23,848 bases of DNA, taken from Macrostomum lignano. Its lineage: Eukaryota. A program made the position numbers and the translations under genes. The stretch spans positions 1 to 23,848 of the forward strand of contig NIVC01000727.1 of the NCBI GenBank assembly GCA_002269645.1, written 5' to 3'. The notes under the pieces were generated by a model. It was not told where the DNA came from, searched no databases, and saw only the letters and a list, made by a program, of their open reading frames with translations. Shown one piece after another: positions 11,801 to 23,147 of the stretch. Each line of letters begins with the position of its first letter. The stretch's first letter is position 1.

Positions 11801-14800
11801 GTGTCCATCTCACTGTCCTTAGTGTCCATCTCAGTGTCCTAAGTGTCCATCTTAGTGTCCTTAGTGTCCATCTTAGTGTCCTTAGTGTCCATCTCAGTGT
11901 CCTTAGTGTCCATCTCAGTGTCCTTAGTGTCCATCTCAGTGTCCTAGTGTCCATCTTAGTGTCCTAAGTGTCCATCTCAGTGTCCTTAGTGTCCATCTCA
12001 GTGTCCTTAGTGTCCATCTCTCTGTCTTTAGTGTCCATCTCAGTGTCCTAAGTGTCCATCTTAGTGTCCTTAGTGTCCATCTTAGTGTCCTTAGTGTCCA
12101 TCTTAGTGTCCTAAGTGTCCATCTTAGTGTCCTTAGTGTCCATCTTAGTGTCCTTAGTGTCCATCTCAGTGTCCTTAGTGTCCATCTCACTGTCCTTAGT
12201 GTCCATCTTAGTGTCCTTAGTGTCCATCTCAGTGTCCTTAGTGTCCATCTCAGTGTCCTTAGTGTCCATCTTAGTGTCCTTAGTGTCCATCTTAGTGTCC
12301 TTAGTGTCCATCTCAGTGTCCTTAGTGTCCATCTCAGTGTCCTAAGTGTCCATCTTAGTGTCCTTAGTGTCCATCTCAGTGTCCTTAGTGTCCATCTTAG
12401 TGTCCTTAGTGTCCATCTCAGTGTCCTTAGTGTCCATCTCAGTGTCCTTAGTGTCCATCTCAGTGTCCTAAGTGTCCATCTTAGTGTCCTAGTGTCCATC
12501 TTAGTGTCCTTAGTGTCCATCTCAGTGTCCTTAGTGTCCATCTCAGTGTCCTTAGTGTCCATCTTAGTGTCCTTAGTGTCCATCTCAGTGTCCTAGTGTC
12601 CATCTTAGTGTCCTTAGTGTCCATCTCAGTGTCCTTAGTGTCCATCTTAGTGTCCTTAGTGTCCATCTCAGTGTCCTTAGTGTCCATCTAGTGTCCTTAG
12701 TGTCCATCTTAGTGTCCTAAGTGTCCATCTTAGTGTCCTTAGTGTCCATCTTAGTGTCCTTAGTGTCCATCTTAGTGTCCTTAGTGTCCATCTTAGTGTC
12801 CTTAGTGTCCATCTCAGTGTCCTTAGTGTCCATCTCAGTGTCCTAAGTGTCCATCTTAGTGTCCTTAGTGTCCATCTTAGTGTCCTTAGTGTCCATCTAG
12901 TGTCCTTAGTGTCCATCTCAGTGTCCTTAGTGTCCATCTCAGTGTCCTTAGTGTCCATCTCAGTGTCCTAGTGTCCATCTTAGTGTCCTAAGTGTCCATC
13001 TTAGTGTCCTTAGTGTCCATCTCAGTGTCCTAAGTGTCCATCTCAGTGTCCTTAGTGTCCATCTTAGTGTCCTTAGTGTCCATCTCAGTGTCCTTAGTGT
13101 CCATCTTAGTGTCCTTAGTGTCCATCTCAGTGTCCTTAGTGTCCATCTTAGTGTCCTTAGTGTCCATCTCAGTGTCCTTAGTGTCCATCTTAGTGTCCTT
13201 AGTGTCCATCTTAGTGTCCTAAGTGTCCATCTTAGTGTCCTTAGTGTCCATCTTAGTGTCCTTAGTGTCCATCTTAGTGTCCTTAGTGTCCATCTTAGTG
13301 TCCTTAGTGTCCATCTCAGTGTCCTTAGTGTCCATCTCAGTGTCCTAAGTGTCCATCTTAGTGTCCTAGTGTCCATCTTAGTGTCCTTAGTGTCCATCTT
13401 AGTGTCCTTAGTGTCCATCTAGTGTCCTTAGTGTCCATCTCACTGTCCTTAGTGTCCATCTCAGTGTCCTAAGTGTCCATCTTAGTGTCCTTAGTGTCCA
13501 TCTTAGTGTCCTTAGTGTCCATCTTAGTGTCCTTAGTGTCCATCTCAGTGTCCTTAGTGTCCATCTCAGTGTCCTAAGTGTCCATCTTAGTGTCCTTAGT
13601 GTCCATCTTAGTGTCCTTAGTGTCCATCTCAGTGTCCTTAGTGTCCATCTCAGTGTCCTTAGTGTCCATCTTAGTGTCCTTAGTGTCCATCTCAGTGTCC
13701 TTAGTGTCCATCTCAGTGTCCTAAGTGTCCATCTTAGTGTCCTTAGTGTCCATCTAGTGTCCTTAGTGTCCATCTCAGTGTCCTTAGTGTCCATCTCAGT
13801 GTCCTTAGTGTCCATCTTAGTGTCCTTAGTGTCCATCTCAGTGTCCTTAGTGTCCATCTCAGTGTCCTAAGTGTCCATCTTAGTGTCCTTAGTGTCCATC
13901 TTAGTGTCCTTAGTGTCCATCTCAGTGTCCTTAGTGTCCATCTCAGTGTCCTAGTGTCCATCTCACTGTCCTTAGTGTCCATCTCAGTGTCCTAAGTGTC
14001 CATCTTAGTGTCCTTAGTGTCCATCTTAGTGTCCTTAGTGTCCATCTCAGTGTCCTTAGTGTCCATCTCACTGTCCTTAGTGTCCATCTCAGTGTCCTAA
14101 GTGTCCATCTTAGTGTCCTTAGTGTCCATCTTAGTGTCCTTAGTGTCCATCTCAGTGTCCTTAGTGTCCATCTCAGTGTCCTTAGTGTCCATCTCTCTGT
14201 CTTTAGTGTCCATCTTAGTGTCCTAAGTGTCCATCTTAGTGTCCTTAGTGTCCATCTTAGTGTCCTTAGTGTCCATCTCAGTGTCCTAAGTGTCCATCTT
14301 AGTGTCCTTAGTGTCCATCTTAGTGTCCTTAGTGTCCATCTCAGTGTCCTTAGTGTCCATCTCACTGTCCTTAGTGTCCATCTTAGTGTCCTTAGTGTCC
14401 ATCTCAGTGTCCTTAGTGTCCATCTCAGTGTCCTAAGTGTCCATCTTAGTGTCCTTAGTGTCCATCTTAGTGTCCTTAGTGTCCATCTCAGTGTCCTTAG
14501 TGTCCATCTTAGTGTCCTTAGTGTCCATCTCAGTGTCCTTAGTGTCCATCTCACTGTCCTTAGTGTCCATCTCAGTGTCCTAAGTGTCCATCTTAGTGTC
14601 CTTAGTGTCCATCTTAGTGTCCTTAGTGTCCATCTCAGTGTCCTTAGTGTCCATCTCAGTGTCCTTAGTGTCCATCTCAGTGTCCTAAGTGTCCATCTTA
14701 GTGTCCTTAGTGTCCATCTCAGTGTCCTTAGTGTCCATCTCAGTGTCCTTAGTGTCCATCTCACTGTCCTTAGTGTCCATCTCAGTGTCCTAAGTGTCCA

Positions 14801-17261
14801 TCTTAGTGTCCTTAGTGTCCATCTTAGTGTCCTTAGTGTCCATCTCAGTGTCCTTAGTGTCCATCTCAGTGTCCTTAGTGTCCATCTCAGTGTCCTAGTG
14901 TCCATCTTAGTGTCCTAGTGTCCATCTTAGTGTCCTTAGTGTCCATCTCAGTGTCCTTAGTGTCCATCTTAGTGTCCTTAGTGTCCATCTCAGTGTCCTT
15001 AGTGTCCATCTTAGTGTCCTTAGTGTCCATCTTAGTGTCCTAAGTGTCCATCTTAGTGTCCTAAGTGTCCATCTTAGTGTCCTTAGTGTCCATCTTAGTG
15101 TCCTTAGTGTCCATCTCAGTGTCCTTAGTGTCCATCTCAGTGTCCTTAGTGTCCATCTCAGTGTCCTAAGTGTCCATCTTAGTGTCCTTAAGTGTCCATC
15201 TTAGTGTCCTTAGTGTCCATCTTAGTGTCCTTAGTGTCCATCTTAGTGTCCTTAGTGTCCATCTCACTGTCCTTAGTGTCCATCTCAGTGTCCTTAAGTG
15301 TCCATCTAGTGTCCTTAGTGTCCATCTCAGTGTCCTTAGTGTCCATCTTAGTGTCCTTAGTGTCCATCTCAGTGTCCTTAGTGTCCATCTCAGTGTCCTA
15401 AGTGTCCATCTTAGTGTCCTTAGTGTCCATCTTAGTGTCCTTAGTGTCCATCTCAGTGTCCTTAGTGTCCATCTCAGTGTCCTTAGTGTCCATCTTAGTG
15501 TCCTTAGTGTCCATCTCAGTGTCCTTAGTGTCCATCTCAGTGTCCTAAGTGTCCATCTTAGTGTCCTTAGTGTCCATCTTAGTGTCCTTAGTGTCCATCT
15601 CACTGTCCTTAGTGTCCATCTCAGTGTCCTAAGTGTCCATCTTAGTGTCCTTAGTGTCCATCTCACTGTCCTTAGTGTCCATCTCAGTGTCCTAAGTGTC
15701 CATCTTAGTGTCCTTAGTGTCCATCTCAGTGTCCTTAGTGTCCATCTCAGTGTCCTTAGTGTCCATCTCAGTGTCCTTAGTGTCCATCTCAGTGTCCTAG
15801 TGTCCATCTTAGTGTCCTTAGTGTCCATCTTAGTGTCCTTAGTGTCCATCTCAGTGTCCTTAGTGTCCATCTCACTGTCCTTAGTGTCCATCTCAGTGTC
15901 CTAAGTGTCCATCTAGTGTCCTAGTGTCCATCTTAGTGTCCTAGTGTCCATCTAGTGTCCTTAGTGTCCATCTCAGTGTCCTTAGTGTCCATCTCAGTGT
16001 CCTTAGTGTCCATCTCTCAGTGTCCTAGTGTCCATCTTAGTGTCCTTAGTGTCCATCTTAGTGTCCTTAGTGTCCATCTTAGTGTCCTTAGTGTCCATCT
16101 TAGTGTCCTTAGTGTCCATCTTAGTGTCCTTAGTGTCCATCTTAGTGTCCTTAGTGTCCATCTCAGTGTCCTTAGTGTCCATCTAGTGTCCTTAGTGTCC
16201 ATCTTAGTGTCCTAAGTGTCCATCTTAGTGTCCTAGTGTCCATCTTAGTGTCCTTAGTGTCCATCTTAGTGTCCTTAGTGTCCATCTCAGTGTCCTTAGT
16301 GTCCATCTCAGTGTCCTTAGTGTCCATCTCAGTGTCCTTAGTGTCCATCTTAGTGTCCTAAGTGTCCATCTTAGTGTCCTTAGTGTCCATCTTAGTGTCC
16401 TTAGTGTCCATCTCAGTGTCCTTAGTGTCCATCTCAGTGTCCTTAGTGTCCATCTTAGTGTCCTTAGTGTCCATCTCAGTGTCCTTAGTGTCCATCTCAG
16501 TGTCCTTAGTGTCCATCTTAGTGTCCTTAGTGTCCATCTTCAGTGTCCTTAGTGTCCATCTCAGTGTCCTTAGTGTCCATCTTAGTGTCCTTAGTGTCCA
16601 TCTTAGTGTCCTTAGTGTCCATCTCAGTGTCCTTAGTGTCCATCTCAGTGTCCTAAGTGTCCATCTTAGTGTCCTTAGTGTCCATCTCAGTGTCCTTAGT
16701 GTCCATCTAGTGTCCTTAGTGTCCATCTAGTGTCCTTAGTGTCCATCTCAGTGTCCTTAGTGTCCATCTCAGTGTCCTTAGTGTCCATCTCAGTGTCCTA
16801 AGTGTCCATCTTAGTGTCCTTAGTGTCCATCTCAGTGTCCTTAGTGTCCATCTCAGTGTCCTAAGTGTCCATCTTAGTGTCCTTAGTGTCCATCTCAGTG
16901 TCCTTAGTGTCCATCTCAGTGTCCTAAGTGTCCATCTTAGTGTCCTTAGTGTCCATCTTAGTGTCCTTAGTGTCCATCTCAGTGTCCTTAGTGTCCATCT
17001 CAGTGTCCTTAGTGTCCATCTTAGTGTCCTTAGTGTCCATCTCAGTGTCCTTAGTGTCCATCTTAGTGTCCTTAGTGTCCATCTTAGTGTCCTTAGTGTC
17101 CATCTCAGTGTCCTTAGTGTCCATCTTAGTGTCCTTAGTGTCCATCTTAGTGTCCTAGTGTCCATCTTAGTGTCCTAAGTGTCCATCTTAGTGTCCTTAG
17201 TGTCCATCTTAGTGTCCTTAGTGTCCATCTCAGTGTCCTTAGTGTCCATCTCAGTGTCCTT

Positions 17262-17513
17262 AGTGTCCATCTCAGTGTCCTAAGTGTCCATCTTAGTGTC
17301 CTAAGTGTCCATCTTAGTGTCCTTAGTGTCCATCTTAGTGTCCTTAGTGTCCATCTTAGTGTCCTTAGTGTCCATCTCACTGTCCTTAGTGTCCATCTCA
17401 GTGTCCTAAGTGTCCATCTTAGTGTCCTTAGTGTCCATCTCACTGTCCTTAGTGTCCATCTTAGTGTCCTTAGTGTCCATCTCAGTGTCCTTAGTGTCCA
17501 TCTCAGTGTCCTA
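17262..17513. repeat. Copy of 12-unit block A-B-T-T-T-S-A-T-S-T-C-A (252 bp); also at 21100-21351 and 23232-23483
   Basis: The unit string read by eye is identical in the three places. First and last A21 bases are 231 bp apart in each copy (17282/17513, 21120/21351, 23252/23483). Confidence 0.8.
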
Positions 17514-17808
17514 AGTGTCCATCTTAGTGTCCTAAGTGTCCATCTTAGTGTCCTTAGTGTCCATCTTAGTGTCCTTAGTGTCCATCTCAGTGTCCTAAGT
17601 GTCCATCTTAGTGTCCTTAGTGTCCATCTTAGTGTCCTTAGTGTCCATCTCAGTGTCCTTAGTGTCCATCTCAGTGTCCTTAGTGTCCATCTTAGTGTCC
17701 TTAGTGTCCATCTCAGTGTCCTTAGTGTCCATCTCAGTGTCCTTAAGTGTCCATCTTAGTGTCCTTAGTGTCCATCTTAGTGTCCTTAGTGTCCATCTCA
17801 GTGTCCTT

Positions 17809-18144
17809 AGTGTCCATCTCAGTGTCCTAAGTGTCCATCTTAGTGTCCTTAGTGTCCATCTCACTGTCCTTAGTGTCCATCTTAGTGTCCTTAGTGTCCA
17901 TCTCAGTGTCCTTAGTGTCCATCTCACTGTCCTTAGTGTCCATCTCAGTGTCCTAAGTGTCCATCTTAGTGTCCTAAGTGTCCATCTTAGTGTCCTTAGT
18001 GTCCATCTCAGTGTCCTAAGTGTCCATCTCAGTGCCCTAAGTGTCCATCTTAGTGTCCTTAGTGTCCATCTCACTGTCCTTAGTGTCCATCTCAGTGTCC
18101 TAAGTGTCCATCTTAGTGTCCTTAGTGTCCATCTTAGTGTCCTT
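17809..18144. repeat. 16-unit block A-T-S-T-C-S-A-B-T-A-Q-T-[S/K]-A-T-T (336 bp); second copy at ~22606-22937
   Basis: Anchored on the rare Q variant GTGCCCTAAG (18035 and 22828) with matching flanking unit strings. Confidence 0.75.
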
Positions 18145-18942
18145 AGTGTCCATCTCAGTGTCCTTAGTGTCCATCTCAGTGTCCTTAGTGTCCATCTTAG
18201 TGTCCTTAGTGTCCATCTCAGTGTCCTTAGTGTCCATCTTAGTGTCCTTAGTGTCCATCTTAGTGTCCTTAGTGTCCATCTCAGTGTCCTTAGTGTCCAT
18301 CTTAGTGTCCTTAGTGTCCATCTTAGTGTCCTAAGTGTCCATCTTAGTGTCCTAGTGTCCATCTTAGTGTCCTTAGTGTCCATCTTAGTGTCCTTAGTGT
18401 CCATCTCAGTGTCCTTAGTGTCCATCTCACTGTCCTTAGTGTCCATCTCAGTGTCCTAAGTGTCCATCTTAGTGTCCTTAAGTGTCCATCTTAGTGTCCT
18501 TAGTGTCCATCTTAGTGTCCTTAGTGTCCATCTTAGTGTCCTTAGTGTCCATCTCAGTGTCCTTAGTGTCCATCTCAGTGTCCTAAGTGTCCATCTTAGT
18601 GTCCTTAGTGTCCATCTCAGTGTCCTTAGTGTCCATCTTAGTGTCCTTAGTGTCCATCTCAGTGTCCTTAGTGTCCATCTCAGTGTCCTAAGTGTCCATC
18701 TTAGTGTCCTTAGTGTCCATCTTAGTGTCCTTAGTGTCCATCTCAGTGTCCTTAGTGTCCATCTCAGTGTCCTTAGTGTCCATCTTAGTGTCCTTAGTGT
18801 CCATCTCAGTGTCCTTAGTGTCCATCTCAGTGTCCTAAGTGTCCATCTTAGTGTCCTTAGTGTCCATCTTAGTGTCCTTAGTGTCCATCTCAGTGTCCTT
18901 AGTGTCCATCTCAGTGTCCTAAGTGTCCATCTTAGTGTCCTT

Positions 18943-19131
18943 AGTGTCCATCTCAGTGTCCTTAGTGTCCATCTCAGTGTCCTAAGTGTCCATCTTAGTG
19001 TCCTTAGTGTCCATCTTAGTGTCCTTAGTGCCCATCTCAGTGTCCTTAGTGTCCATCTCAGTGTCCTAAGTGTCCATCTCACTGTCTTTAGTGTCCATCT
19101 CAGTGTCCTAAGTGTCCATCTTAGTGTCCTT
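18943..19131. repeat. 9-unit block C-A-T-T-P-A-K-A-T (189 bp); second copy at 19531-19719
   Basis: Anchored on two rare variants (P at 19031/19619, K starting 19081/19669). Both are offset by exactly 588 bp = 28 units. Confidence 0.85.
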
Positions 19132-21016
19132 AGTGTCCATCTCAGTGTCCTTAGTGTCCATCTCAGTGTCCTTAGTGTCCATCTCACTGTCCTTAGTGTC
19201 CATCTCAGTGTCCTAAGTGTCCATCTTAGTGTCCTAAGTGTCCATCTTAGTGTCCTAAGTGTCCATCTCAGTGCCCTAAGTGTCCATCTCAGTGTCCTTA
19301 GTGTCCATCTCTCTGTCTTTAGTGTCCATCTCAGTGTCCTAAGTGTCCATCTTAGTGTCCTTAGTGTCCATCTTAGTGTCCTTAGTGTCCATCTCAGTGT
19401 CCTTAGTGTCCATCTTAGTGTCCTTAGTGTCCATCTTAGTGTCCTTAGTGTCCATCTCAGTGTCCTTAGTGTCCATCTCAGTGTCCTTAGTGTCCATCTT
19501 AGTGTCCTTAGTGTCCATCTCAGTGTCCTTAGTGTCCATCTCAGTGTCCTTAGTGTCCATCTCAGTGTCCTAAGTGTCCATCTTAGTGTCCTTAGTGTCC
19601 ATCTTAGTGTCCTTAGTGCCCATCTCAGTGTCCTTAGTGTCCATCTCAGTGTCCTAAGTGTCCATCTCACTGTCTTTAGTGTCCATCTCAGTGTCCTAAG
19701 TGTCCATCTTAGTGTCCTTAGTGTCCATCTTAGTGTCCTTAGTGTCCATCTCAGTGTCCTTAGTGTCCATCTCACTGTCCTTAGTGTCCATCTCAGTGTC
19801 CTAAGTGTCCATCTCAGTGTCCTTAGTGTCCATCTTAGTGTCCTTAGTGTCCATCTTAGTGTCCTAAGTGTCCATCTTAGTGTCCTAAGTGTCCATCTTA
19901 GTGTCCTTAGTGTCCATCTCAGTGTCCTTAGTGTCCATCTCAGTGTCCTTAGTGTCCATCTCACTGTCCTTAGTGTCCATCTCAGTGTCCTAAGTGTCCA
20001 TCTCAGTGTCCTTAGTGTCCATCTTAGTGTCCTTAGTGTCCATCTCAGTGTCCTAAGTGTCCATCTTAGTGTCCTAAGTGTCCATCTTAGTGTCCTAAGT
20101 GTCCATCTCAGTGCCCTAAGTGTCCATCTCAGTGTCCTTAGTGTCCATCTCTGTCCTTAGTGTCCATCTTAGTGTCCTAAGTGTCCATCTTAGTGTCCTT
20201 AGTGTCCATCTTAGTGTCCTTAGTGTCCATCTCAGTGTCCTAAGTGTCCATCTTAGTGTCCTTAGTGTCCATCTTAGTGTCCTTAGTGTCCATCTCAGTG
20301 TCCTTAGTGTCCATCTCAGTGTCCTTAGTGTCCATCTTAGTGTCCTTAGTGTCCATCTCAGTGTCCTTAGTGTCCATCTCAGTGTCCTTAAGTGTCCATC
20401 TTAGTGTCCTTAGTGTCCATCTTAGTGTCCTTAGTGTCCATCTCACTGTCCTTAGTGTCCATCTTAGTGTCCTTAGTGTCCATCTCAGTGTCCTTAGTGT
20501 CCATCTCACTGTCTTTAGTGTCCATCTCAGTGTCCTAAGTGTCCATCTTAGTGTCCTTAGTGTCCATCTTAGTGTCCTTAGTGTCCATCTCAGTGTCCTT
20601 AGTGTCCATCTCAGTGTCCTTAGTGTCCATCTCAGTGTCCTAAGTGTCCATCTTAGTGTCCTTAGTGTCCATCTCAGTGTCCTAGTGTCCATCTCAGTGT
20701 CCTTAGTGTCCATCTCACTGTCTTAGTGTCCATCTCAGTGTCCTAAGTGTCCATCTTAGTGTCCTTAGTGTCCATCTTAGTGTCCTTAGTGTCCATCTCA
20801 GTGTCCTTAGTGTCCATCTCACTGTCTTAGTGTCCATCTCAGTGTCCTAAGTGTCCATCTTAGTGTCCTTAGTGTCCATCTTAGTGTCCTTAGTGTCCAT
20901 CTCAGTGTCCTTAGTGTCCATCTTAGTGTCCTTAGTGTCCATCTCAGTGTCCTTAGTGTCCATCTTAGTGTCCTTAGTGTCCATCTTAGTGTCCTAGTGT
21001 CCATCTCAGTGTCCTA

Positions 21017-21644
21017 AGTGTCCATCTTAGTGTCCTTAGTGTCCATCTTAGTGTCCTTAGTGTCCATCTCAGTGTCCTTAGTGTCCATCTCATGTCCTTA
21101 GTGTCCATCTCAGTGTCCTAAGTGTCCATCTTAGTGTCCTAAGTGTCCATCTTAGTGTCCTTAGTGTCCATCTTAGTGTCCTTAGTGTCCATCTTAGTGT
21201 CCTTAGTGTCCATCTCACTGTCCTTAGTGTCCATCTCAGTGTCCTAAGTGTCCATCTTAGTGTCCTTAGTGTCCATCTCACTGTCCTTAGTGTCCATCTT
21301 AGTGTCCTTAGTGTCCATCTCAGTGTCCTTAGTGTCCATCTCAGTGTCCTAAGTGTCCATCTTAGTGTCCTTAGTGTCCATCTTAGTGTCCTTAGTGTCC
21401 ATCTCAGTGTCCTTAGTGTCCATCTCAGTGTCCTTAGTGTCCATCTTAGTGTCCTTAGTGTCCATCTCAGTGTCCTTAGTGTCCATCTCAGTGTCCTAAG
21501 TGTCCATCTTAGTGTCCTTAGTGTCCATCTTAGTGTCCTTAGTGTCCATCTCACTGTCCTTAGTGTCCATCTCAGTGTCCTAAGTGTCCATCTTAGTGTC
21601 CTTAGTGTCCATCTCACTGTCTTAGTGTCCATCTCAGTGTCCTA
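21017..21644. repeat. 30-unit block (~630 bp), near-identical to 23148-23777
   Basis: String T-T-C-S-A-B-T-T-T-S-A-T-S-T-C-A-T-T-C-[C/S]-T-C-A-T-T-S-A-T-K-A in both copies. They differ by one C/S unit, two point variants in the right copy (23170, 23742) and two 1-bp deletions in the left copy. Confidence 0.8.
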
Positions 21645-23147
21645 AGTGTCCATCTCAGTGTCCTTAGTGTCCATCTTAGTGTCCTTAGTGTCCATCTCAG
21701 TGTCCTTAGTGTCCATCTCAGTGTCCTAGTGTCCATCTCACTGTCTTAGTGTCCATCTCAGTGTCCTTAAGTGTCCATCTTAGTGTCCTTAGTGTCCATC
21801 TCAGTGTCCTTAGTGTCCATCTCAGTGTCCTTAGTGTCCATCTCACTGTCCTTAGTGTCCATCTCAGTGTCCTAAGTGTCCATCTTAGTGTCCTAAGTGT
21901 CCATCTTAGTGTCCTTAGTGTCCATCTCAGTGTCCTAAGTGTCCATCTCAGTGTCCTTAGTGTCCATCTCTCTGTCTTTAGTGTCCATCTCAGTGTCCTA
22001 GTGTCCATCTTAGTGTCCTTAGTGTCCATCTTAGTGTCCTTAGTGTCCATCTTAGTGTCCTAAGTGTCCATCTTAGTGTCTTAGTGTCCATCTTAGTGTC
22101 CTTAGTGTCCATCTCAGTGTCCTTAGTGTCCATCTCAGTGTCCTTAGTGTCCATCTTAGTGTCCTAGTGTCCATCTTAGTGTCCTAAGTGTCCATCTTAG
22201 TGTCCTAAGTGTCCATCTTAGTGTCCTTAGTGTCCATCTTAGTGTCCTTAGTGTCCATCTCAGTGTCCTTAGTGTCCATCTCACTGTCCTTAGTGTCCAT
22301 CTCAGTGTCCTAAGTGTCCATCTTAGTGTCCTAAGTGTCCATCTTAGTGTCCTTAGTGTCCATCTTAGTGTCCTTAGTGTCCATCTCAGTGTCCTAAGTG
22401 TCCATCTTAGTGTCCTTAGTGTCCATCTTAGTGTCCTTAGTGTCCATCTCAGTGTCCTTAGTGTCCATCTCACTGTCCTTAGTGTCCATCTTAGTGTCCT
22501 TAGTGTCCATCTCAGTGTCCTTAGTGTCCATCTCAGTGTCCTAAGTGTCCATCTTAGTGTCCTTAGTGTCCATCTTAGTGTCCTTAGTGTCCATCTCACT
22601 GTCTTAGTGTCTCTCAGTGTCCTAAGTGTCCATCTTAGTGTCCTTAGTGTCCATCTCACTGTCCTTAGTGTCCATCTTAGTGTCCTTAGTGTCCATCTCA
22701 GTGTCCTTAGTGTCCATCTCACTGTCCTTAGTGTCCATCTCAGTGTCCTAAGTGTCCATCTTAGTGTCCTAAGTGTCATCTAGTGTCCTTAGTGTCCATC
22801 TCAGTGTCCTAAGTGTCCATCTCAGTGCCCTAAGTGTCCATCTTAGTGTCCTTAGTGTCCATCTCACTGTCTTTAGTGTCCATCTCAGTGTCCTAAGTGT
22901 CCATCTTAGTGTCCTTAGTGTCCATCTTAGTGTCCTTAGTGTCCATCTCAGTGTCCTTAGTGTCCATCTCACTGTCCTTAGTGTCCATCTTAGTGTCCTT
23001 AGTGTCCATCTCAGTGTCCTTAGTGTCCATCTTAGTGTCCTTAGTGTCCATCTTAGTGTCCTAAGTGTCCATCTCAGTGTCCTTAGTGTCCATCTTAGTG
23101 TCCTTAGTGTCCATCTTAGTGTCCTAAGTGTCCATCTTAGTGTCCTA

